Assembly (NCBI GenBank): GCA_025451455.1
Contig: JANWKI010000047.1
Span: 1 to 52,681 of the forward strand
Origin: Ignavibacteria bacterium
GTDB taxonomy: Bacteria > Bacteroidota > Ignavibacteria > Tepidaquicellales > OLB5
Direction of reading: 5' to 3'
Length of the DNA stretch: 52,681 nt
Part shown: piece by piece, positions 45,913 through 52,681 of the stretch
Numbering within the stretch: position 1 is the stretch's first letter
Layout: every line of letters starts with the position of its first letter
The notes under the pieces: model-generated
What the model saw: only the letters and a program-made list of their open reading frames with translations
The model's database searches: none
What the model was told of the DNA's origin: nothing
Made by a program: the position numbers and the translations under genes

Positions 45913-46872
45913 ATGGAACCACTCGTAATATCAACATGGAAACACGGAATACCAGCCAATGAAAAAGCGTATGAGATACTATCCAGCGGAGGTAACTCCC
46001 TTGATGCCGTTGAACATGGCGTAAGGGTTGCCGAAGATGACCCGGCAGTCCTGAGCGTGGGTTATGGCGGCTTGCCCGATGCAGAAGGGCGCTTAACGCT
46101 TGATGCGGCAATCATGGACTGGAATGCGCGGATTGGGTCAGTAATCTGTATGGAACATATCAAGAACCCGGTTTCTGTTGCAAGGCTGATACTGGAAAAG
46201 ACCGAACATGTCTCCCTTGCAGGTGAAGGAGCATATAACTTTGCTATCACAAACGGTTTCCAGCCCGATATTCTGCACACTGATACATCTATCAAAAAGT
46301 ATATAGAATGGAAAAAGGGGCAGTACGGAAGGTCACAGGAATTCCACACAGATGAATACAGGGTCAAAACTGGTAACGGACTCGGCATCAATGAAGACGG
46401 CAATCATGATACAATAGGGATGGTAGCAATTGATAAAGAGGGTCATATATCAGCATCCTGCACAACAAGCGGTACTGCATGGAAGCTTCACGGCAGAGTT
46501 GGCGATACCCCTATAATTGGCGCGGGACTGTATGTTGAGGGTGATGTTGGCGGCGCAGTATCAACCGGGCGCGGGGAAGAATGCGTAAGGGCATGCGGAA
46601 GTTTCCTTGTTGTTGAAATGATGGGCAGGGGAATGTCACCGCAGGAAGCATGTGAATATGCATCAAAACGGGTTATTAAGCTAAATCTGCTCTCTCATAA
46701 AAACCGCGACCATGATTACCAGGTAGGTTTCATTGCGGTCAATATAAAGGGTGAATATGGAGCAGCAAGCGTCAGAGAAGGGTTTGAATATGCTGTTTTT
46801 GATAAAGGTATTAACACCCTTAATAAAAGCAAATATATTATGAACGAAAAATACGAGATAACAGACCTTTGA
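45913..46872 (+). CDS. Glycosylasparaginase / isoaspartyl peptidase-type Ntn hydrolase (peptidase T2 family)
   Basis: The track ORF begins at GTG 45871. ATG 45913 (MEPLVISTWKHG..) fits the family N-terminus better. Autoprocessing site ..GNHDTIGMVAIDKEGH.. with the nucleophile Thr after HD. ..HGRVGDTPIIGAGLY.. and ..STGRGEE.. are also present. Confidence 0.85.
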   Translation: MEPLVISTWKHGIPANEKAYEILSSGGNSLDAVEHGVRVAEDDPAVLSVGYGGLPDAEGRLTLDAAIMDWNARIGSVICMEHIKNPVSVARLILEKTEHVSLAGEGAYNFAITNGFQPDILHTDTSIKKYIEWKKGQYGRSQEFHTDEYRVKTGNGLGINEDGNHDTIGMVAIDKEGHISASCTTSGTAWKLHGRVGDTPIIGAGLYVEGDVGGAVSTGRGEECVRACGSFLVVEMMGRGMSPQEACEYASKRVIKLNLLSHKNRDHDYQVGFIAVNIKGEYGAASVREGFEYAVFDKGINTLNKSKYIMNEKYEITDL

Positions 46873-48641
46873 TAATTCTAAAAAATGCATACGTTGTAAC
46901 TTTCAATAAGAATAATGATTTCGGAAGATATTCAATTCTCATTGACGGAAGCAGGATAAGCGATATAGCCGATTCTTCTCCTAAAGGAATCAGCAAGGTA
47001 GATAAATGGATCGAGCAGCATTCCGCCGACAGCGAAGTAATTGACTGCTCAAAGAAGATATTAATGCCCCCGATCGTTAATTCCTGCAGCAGAGCCGAAG
47101 GCTCACTTCTTCATTACCTTTTGAAGCGGCGGCATTATGAAAAGGTTGAGGAAGACCTTTGCACTGATCTTATCTTCAACTACATATTCCAGGAACTTCC
47201 CGGGGATACTGCCCGGCAGGATCTGGTAAATATCTATGATTACTCATTGAACCGTGAATTGAAGTCCGGAATACTTTACCTGAATGAGTTTTCGCTCAGA
47301 AAAGATACAAATCATCTTGCCCCTGTAACAAATGCATTAAAAACCACCGGCCAGAAGATATCAATATGCTATCCGATAAAGCAGGATGTTAATACCCTGC
47401 GTGACTTTAAGTATTTGAACCCTTCGTACTATTTAACACAGGAGCATCTTCTGACTGTTTATGATATTTCAAGCTTAACTGAACTTAAGAGCCACAACCT
47501 GAAGAATCTTTTTCTGGAGGTGGCAGTTAACAAAGAAATTACTGAAAAATTCAGGCAGACCTTCCACAAATCTGTTATTTCACTGCTTGATGAATACGGG
47601 CTTATAGACGAGAATACATCGCTTATCAATCCGCTTTATCTTGATTACAATGACCTGAAAATAATTACGGATAAGAAAGCTAATATTATAATCTGCCCAC
47701 GTGATCTGCATTTCTTCACAGAAAGATATTTCCCGATAGATGATTATATCGGGCATGGTATCAGGTTCAGCATAGGTACCGGCTGGCTTGGCGAAGATGT
47801 ATTAAAGGAAGTGCGTTTGTTCAGGAATAAGTATAAAGAGCTTAATCTTTCTAATGTTGAACTTTTATATTCAGTAACTAAAGTACCATACCAGCTGTTT
47901 TTCAGCAGCGAGAGCTACGCAGATTCTTCTTACTGCATCGATATTAACAAACCGGCCGAAATGATCTTTATCGATCTCTCAGATACAAGGTTCCAGTTCT
48001 TCCCTGAAGACCAGAGTTTTGAAAGTGTTTGCGATTTCCTTGTGGATAATCTTGTTTCCCATAATATCTCCGATGTAATGACCGGCGGCATCTTCAAATT
48101 AAGAAACAACTCTTCTGCCGTAGGCAATGAAGAAGAACTTATCACAAATATTAACGAAACAAGGAACAGGCTTTATAAGATTGGGAAATATGATGAACTG
48201 AAGAAACGAAAGGAAACGAAACAGAGCATCAGCAAGCTTGATATGGGCGGAAGGTCAGATGAAGAGATAAAAATGTTTTCGGATAATCCCGTTGAAACGG
48301 AGGAAAGAGAAGACAGGGAAGAATTCCGTGTAAAGGCAAGAATACCGGTATTCAGGCCCAAAGCCATACCCGGGCAGAGAAGCCTGTTTGAACAGGCGGA
48401 ACAAAGCAGTATCTTCCAGACAGATGAGTTTCAGGAAACTCCGGAATTGAACCTGCTCTTGACAGACAGCGGGGCAAGCAAATCAGTTGAGGAAGACCTT
48501 GTACAGGTCAGCTCGGTTGATGAAACGATATTTAAGCGCCTTGTTGCAGAAAGAAAAGCCGAAACTGCTCCCAAGCCAGTTAACCAGGAAAGCAAAGTAG
48601 AGCTTCCCAAAAATGTAAAGCTTAAATTCGGTGACGATTGA
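46869..48641 (+). CDS. Amidohydrolase-fold-like protein with substituted metal ligands and an acidic low-complexity C-terminal tail
   Basis: TTG start overlapping the upstream stop (TTGA). The N-terminus ILKNAYVVT....ILIDGSRISDI....VIDCSKKILMPPIVNSCSRAEGSL is collinear with the amidohydrolase beta-sandwich plus HxH strand, but reads NSCSR where N-T-H-T-H is expected. The last ~150 aa are E/K/S-rich. Confidence 0.7.
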   Translation: MIILKNAYVVTFNKNNDFGRYSILIDGSRISDIADSSPKGISKVDKWIEQHSADSEVIDCSKKILMPPIVNSCSRAEGSLLHYLLKRRHYEKVEEDLCTDLIFNYIFQELPGDTARQDLVNIYDYSLNRELKSGILYLNEFSLRKDTNHLAPVTNALKTTGQKISICYPIKQDVNTLRDFKYLNPSYYLTQEHLLTVYDISSLTELKSHNLKNLFLEVAVNKEITEKFRQTFHKSVISLLDEYGLIDENTSLINPLYLDYNDLKIITDKKANIIICPRDLHFFTERYFPIDDYIGHGIRFSIGTGWLGEDVLKEVRLFRNKYKELNLSNVELLYSVTKVPYQLFFSSESYADSSYCIDINKPAEMIFIDLSDTRFQFFPEDQSFESVCDFLVDNLVSHNISDVMTGGIFKLRNNSSAVGNEEELITNINETRNRLYKIGKYDELKKRKETKQSISKLDMGGRSDEEIKMFSDNPVETEEREDREEFRVKARIPVFRPKAIPGQRSLFEQAEQSSIFQTDEFQETPELNLLLTDSGASKSVEEDLVQVSSVDETIFKRLVAERKAETAPKPVNQESKVELPKNVKLKFGDD

Positions 48642-48683
48642 ATTTTTCAAACCCTGCAAATCTGAAAACTAAATACCGGAAGA

Positions 48684-49061
48684 TTGTATAAGAAATTCAT
48701 AATTGTATTAGCATTTGTCTTGCTTGCATTACTGGCTGATAGGTTCATATTTACTACCAGCGGGATAAGTGTAGATATTAAACCCCCCGTACTTAGGGCA
48801 GCCATTTCTTCAGAATTGCGGATTGAAGTTTACAGGGAGAATCTGCTTGGTTTCAAAGTACCCTTCAGCAGTGCAGAGGTTCGCTTTGTAATTGAAGAAG
48901 GCTCAAATATTATTGAACTGGAAGGGGATTCAACTCCGGGTACTGTGAAGGTCCGTTCAAAAGGTGTTGAGGGAGAAGCTTCCGTTGGTATTTATTCAAT
49001 CAGGTCAGGGTTACAATTAAAGAAAGTATTTATAAAGATACTTCCTGCGGGTGCAGTATAA
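48684..49061 (+). CDS. Hypothetical small membrane-anchored protein
   Basis: TTG start. N-terminal TM or signal anchor (FIIVLAFVLLALLA) and a beta-rich ~90-aa domain. No recognisable motif. Confidence 0.5.
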   Translation: MYKKFIIVLAFVLLALLADRFIFTTSGISVDIKPPVLRAAISSELRIEVYRENLLGFKVPFSSAEVRFVIEEGSNIIELEGDSTPGTVKVRSKGVEGEASVGIYSIRSGLQLKKVFIKILPAGAV

Positions 49062-49084
49062 GCGGTAAAATGAACTGAATAATA

Positions 49085-49375
49085 TTACACCGTTACTGCC
49101 TTTTTCCTGCTGCTGAAATAGAATTTATAGAAAAATGATTCAAGAATTGTCAGCAAGGCAAGAGAAAAGGCAGCCTTTGTAAGTATTCTGGTAAACCCGG
49201 CATCGGGGACGAAGAACCCGATAACAAAAGCAGAAAACGTCCAGCCGACGGAAAAAATAACTATGACGAAGATCAAACTTAAAAATGCGCTTGTAAATTT
49301 CTCTTCAACGAAATTTTTCGCAAACAGGTAAGTAAAAAAAACAACATGAGCATAGAACAGGATCACTTCTATCAT
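49085..49375 (-). CDS. Hypothetical small 3-TM membrane protein
   Basis: Three hydrophobic segments. Starts 2 nt after the stop of the priming glycosyltransferase on the same strand. Confidence 0.55.
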   Translation of the reverse strand: MIEVILFYAHVVFFTYLFAKNFVEEKFTSAFLSLIFVIVIFSVGWTFSAFVIGFFVPDAGFTRILTKAAFSLALLTILESFFYKFYFSSRKKAVTV

Positions 49376-49377
49376 AA

Positions 49378-50826
49378 TTAAAACGCCGCCTTGGAGAAGA
49401 ACATCTCCTTTATAGTTTTGATGATTATTTTAAGATCAAAAATTATTGACCAGTGTTCAATATAATAAATATCATATTCGATCCTTTTTTCAATGGAAGA
49501 ATCACTTCCCCTGAGCCCGTTTACCTGTGCCCAGCCTGTGATTCCGCATTTCACCCTGTGACGGTCAAGATATTTGGGGATCTTGTTTTTGAACATATTG
49601 ATAAAATGTTCCCTTTCGGGGCGGGGGCCAACAATGCTCATTTCTCCTTTGAGTACATTAAGGAATTGGGGAAGTTCATCCAGGGAATACTTGCGGAGAA
49701 ATTCTCCAATTGAGGTATATCTCGAATCTCCTTTTTTTACATAGACTGCACCTGTGCTTTTTTCGGCATTATCGTGCATCGAACGGAATTTGATCATATA
49801 GAATTTCTTTCCCGTCATGCTCAGCCGTTCCTGTTTATAAAAAACAGGTCCCTTTGAGGATAGTTTTACCAGTAGCGAGAGCATAATAAATAGAGGCGAA
49901 GAAACCAGCATCACGCTGAGCGCAAACAAAAAATCAAAAGCTCTTTTTAATATTCTGTTCCATATGTTCATCGGGATGCTTTTGATCTTAAGGAAAGGGA
50001 TACCGTCAATTTCCTGTACCCTGACGGAAGACGTTATTACTTCAAGGAAATCAGGGACCATGAGGAACTCAACATTTTCGCCTTCACAAGCCTTCATTAA
50101 ATCAAGCAGTTTATCATGCTCGTGAGAGGGAATCGTTACAAGGACCGTTTCGATATTATGCTCCTGAATCAGTTCAACGATATTTGAATAACTGCCAAGC
50201 CGGGCATTGTCAGGCATAAAGCCGGTTCCACTGAAATTATCATCTTCAATAAAGCCGGCAATTTTAAAACCCGCATATTTATGATTCTGAAAATTATTAT
50301 AAATATCTAAAGCAGTTTGTGTGTTGCCAACAATCAAAGCATCTTTAAAGCTCTTGCCCTTATTGTAAAGGTTTTTTTCATATTTAAGCACTGCATACCT
50401 TCCCAGTGTGATCAGGATAATGGAGATCATCCATATTAATAAAAATACCAGTCGTGAATACGGGAATACTCTGTAGAAAAAGATCAGGCCGAAAGAAAAT
50501 ATTATACCGAAAGTAGCAAGTCTGCCAATTAAGAAGAACTCATCAAAAATGAAGACAACTCTCTTTGTCCTGTACATTTTCCTTGCCTGAAATACAAGTA
50601 TCCATACAGGAATGACCATTAATGAAAGCTGAATATATCCCTGTAAAGGAGGTATCTCTCCGGCAAAAGGGAAGATATCAACAAGCGGCGTAAAATAGAA
50701 TCTCAGCCAGTATGCCAGCAAAAATGATGCTTCAATGGCAACTATATCTGATATAATGTTGAATAAAGGAACTAAAAACTCACCTTTTTGCGATTTTTTG
50801 TTAAATTTCTGCTCTATATAGTTCAT
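49378..50826 (-). CDS. Polyprenyl-phosphate hexose-1-phosphate transferase (exopolysaccharide priming 'bacterial sugar transferase', WcaJ/EpsL-like)
   Basis: N-terminal TM bundle, central Rossmann-like region, C-terminal KRAFDFLFAL....SSPLF........GPVFYKQERL...GK.F...KFRSM........DELPQFLNVLKGEMSIVGPRP. Confidence 0.9.
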   Translation of the reverse strand: MNYIEQKFNKKSQKGEFLVPLFNIISDIVAIEASFLLAYWLRFYFTPLVDIFPFAGEIPPLQGYIQLSLMVIPVWILVFQARKMYRTKRVVFIFDEFFLIGRLATFGIIFSFGLIFFYRVFPYSRLVFLLIWMISIILITLGRYAVLKYEKNLYNKGKSFKDALIVGNTQTALDIYNNFQNHKYAGFKIAGFIEDDNFSGTGFMPDNARLGSYSNIVELIQEHNIETVLVTIPSHEHDKLLDLMKACEGENVEFLMVPDFLEVITSSVRVQEIDGIPFLKIKSIPMNIWNRILKRAFDFLFALSVMLVSSPLFIMLSLLVKLSSKGPVFYKQERLSMTGKKFYMIKFRSMHDNAEKSTGAVYVKKGDSRYTSIGEFLRKYSLDELPQFLNVLKGEMSIVGPRPEREHFINMFKNKIPKYLDRHRVKCGITGWAQVNGLRGSDSSIEKRIEYDIYYIEHWSIIFDLKIIIKTIKEMFFSKAAF

Positions 50827-50836
50827 TTTAAACGTT

Positions 50837-50844
50837 CAAATATA
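50837..50844 (-). promoter_or_regulatory. TAnnTTTG motif upstream of the priming sugar transferase
   Basis: Plus-strand CAAATATA equals minus-strand TATATTTG, 10 nt before the ATG at 50826. Confidence 0.3.
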
Positions 50845-50908
50845 TATAATACAAATAACAATATATATGATTGAAATTATCATTAATTGAGGATAATTTG
50901 CATAATAT

Positions 50909-52024
50909 ATGTCTGGATTAAACATACTTTTACTTAATTCCTCATCGATTTTCGGAGGGGGAGAATATTTTGTTTGGAAACTTTCCATAAATCTTAAAAA
51001 AAAAGGACATAATGTAACTGTTGGCTGCAGGGATTCGGGTATGTTATATAGTAAATGCTGCGAAAACGGAATTAACGTTAAGCACTTTAACTTTCCACCG
51101 GGCGGTACACGAGGGTTGAGAAAAAATATCAGAGATATAAAAAAATTTATAAAAGAAAACAACATAGATATAATTCATACAAATACAAATTATGACAGGA
51201 CTGCAGGCGCATTTGCATCAATGGGTTTAAAAGCAAATCATGTTACTTCATGTCATAGCCTGGAATCCATTGAGCATAACATCACTCATTTTGTACGCAA
51301 CAGATTTTTAACCAAGCATTTTATTTGTGATGGAAGCACTATCCAAAACCTGATAATTGCAAAGAATCATATACCTGCAGTTAATACAACTATTGTACAT
51401 AACGGAATTGATCCCGATGAAATGAAACGGGAACCTGAATTGAGAAAAAAAATAAGAAAAGAATTCGGGATCGCTGATAATGAAATTCTTATCGGAAACA
51501 CCGGACGGATGGTCAGGTTCAAAGGGCAGAGGCTCCTTATCTCAGCTTTCAGGAGTGTGGCAGACCACAAGGATAATGTTAAACTCATGATTGTAGGCGA
51601 TGGAGAACTAAAGCTCGAGCTGATTGAATACTCCAGAATTCTGAAGCTTGATGACAGGATCATCTTTGCCGGATTCAGAGAGGATCTAAAGGCAGTTTAT
51701 TCTGCATTTGATATTTATTCTCACACATCAATTGAAGGAGGCGGAGAGCTGTTCCCGTTTTCAGTGTTATATGCCCTGGCACAAGGACTCCCCGTAGTTG
51801 CGACCGGAACAGGAGATCTGCCAGTTATGGTTGTGGATGAAATAAATGGATTTGTTATTGATGATGAATCACCTGTTAAGATCTCCAGTAAATTGTCAGA
51901 GTTAATTGAAAATGACAACTTAAGGAAAGAATTTGGTACTGCTGGATTAAAACTTTTAAGCTCAAATTTTACTATTGAAAAGATGACTGAATCAATTAAG
52001 AAAATATATAAAAGCTCAGTCTAA
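50909..52024 (+). CDS. Glycosyltransferase family 4
   Basis: ..GGGEYFV.. N-terminal motif. C-terminal ..SIEGGGELFPFSVLYALAQGLPVVATGTGDLPVMV.. (EX7E-like region). Confidence 0.88.
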   Translation: MSGLNILLLNSSSIFGGGEYFVWKLSINLKKKGHNVTVGCRDSGMLYSKCCENGINVKHFNFPPGGTRGLRKNIRDIKKFIKENNIDIIHTNTNYDRTAGAFASMGLKANHVTSCHSLESIEHNITHFVRNRFLTKHFICDGSTIQNLIIAKNHIPAVNTTIVHNGIDPDEMKREPELRKKIRKEFGIADNEILIGNTGRMVRFKGQRLLISAFRSVADHKDNVKLMIVGDGELKLELIEYSRILKLDDRIIFAGFREDLKAVYSAFDIYSHTSIEGGGELFPFSVLYALAQGLPVVATGTGDLPVMVVDEINGFVIDDESPVKISSKLSELIENDNLRKEFGTAGLKLLSSNFTIEKMTESIKKIYKSSV

Positions 52025-52129
52025 ACACATAAGTTATATTAATTATTTGTTCTGTTTTGAAACATTTTTTTATTAAATTTGTATAAGAATCGTTGAGAAA
52101 TTCCATAAAAATATATAGAAAGGGTCAAA

Positions 52130-52534
52130 ATGTTTAAATTTAAGTTGTTTTTTGGGTTTTTGGCTTTAGTTGTCATGATTGGTTTCACCTCCGGCATTAA
52201 AGCTCAAAACGGACCGGTGCTTTATTTCTGCGAATCATACGGTTCGGGCGGTGAACAATCAATCAGTGACAGGTTCTATACCGGCAAAGTTACTGTGATG
52301 GCAAAATGTGACTATGCTTTAGGCTTAAGAGATTGCGCAATCCAGCTTGATAAGTATAACGGTTACGGGTTTGACTATTACAAGAAAGTTGATTTTGATG
52401 TATCACCCGATATGAAATATATTTATTTCGAGTCAAATGATCTTAGGGTTGATTCACCCGGCATTTACAGGTGTTTCCTTCTTGACGGCAAGAAAAACAC
52501 TATCGCCAGCGCTTTAATAGAATTCATAAGATAA
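52130..52534 (+). CDS. Hypothetical secreted protein
   Basis: Signal peptide (..MIGFTSGIKAQ). Followed by a strong terminator. No recognisable domain. Confidence 0.6.
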   Translation: MFKFKLFFGFLALVVMIGFTSGIKAQNGPVLYFCESYGSGGEQSISDRFYTGKVTVMAKCDYALGLRDCAIQLDKYNGYGFDYYKKVDFDVSPDMKYIYFESNDLRVDSPGIYRCFLLDGKKNTIASALIEFIR

Positions 52535-52558
52535 AATCAAATTAAGTTGTATATAAAA

Positions 52559-52590
52559 GGGACACTTAATCAGTGTCCCTTTTATTATTT
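52559..52590 (+). terminator. Intrinsic terminator after 52130-52534
   Basis: GGGACACT-TAATC-AGTGTCCC followed by TTTTATTATTT. Confidence 0.8.
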
Positions 52591-52681
52591 GATAAGAAAC
52601 TGATGTAAAATTATTCTCACTTACACTATCTAACCGGAAGCAAAACAAATATTGTCAAATCCCATAAAGCATGGGAAATCA

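Overview
AT-rich chromosomal segment, most consistent with an FCB-group bacterium (Ignavibacteriota/Bacteroidota-like). The grounds are five secreted proteins ending in a T9SS C-terminal sorting domain (..QNYPNPFNP.T.I.F..), CarboxypepD_reg-type TonB-dependent receptors, and recurring TAnnTTTG promoter-like motifs. I support about 45 CDS, including one edge-truncated CDS at 1-2066 (minus strand) that the ORF track misses. I found no rRNA, tRNA, transposase, integrase or cas genes.

Housekeeping anchors are nusB, tsaD, mgtE, metH, an endonuclease III-like gene, dCMP deaminase and wecB.

Notable content:
1. A cobalamin riboswitch (about 21968-22140) with its own terminator heads a tightly packed gene string: surface-lipoprotein beta-propeller, BtuB-like receptor, 180-aa membrane protein, metH, BFD-like 2Fe-2S protein, P-loop kinase, dCMP deaminase and CobO-type adenosyltransferase.
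2. A compact NfrA/NfrB/WecB-like exopolysaccharide module lies at 35511-39513. Its NfrB-like synthase lacks the C-terminal c-di-GMP receptor region.
3. A DprE1/DprE2-like epimerase pair lies at 19588-21695.
4. Tandem T9SS-exported thioredoxin-like paralogs carry a CGPC motif (4200-6393).
5. A glycosylasparaginase-like Ntn hydrolase is start/stop-overlapped with an amidohydrolase-like protein in which every metal-ligand motif I can align is substituted.
6. An ~890-bp gene-free island (44983-45870) is packed with GC-rich hairpin elements. It also holds a 72-nt tandem triplication that looks like a mini-CRISPR. Its 'spacers' are homologous to each other, its period is 24 codons, and it is preceded by a strong Shine-Dalgarno, so I read it as a possible coupled Cys-Cys micropeptide locus.

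All family assignments come from motif recognition by eye. No database search was run.
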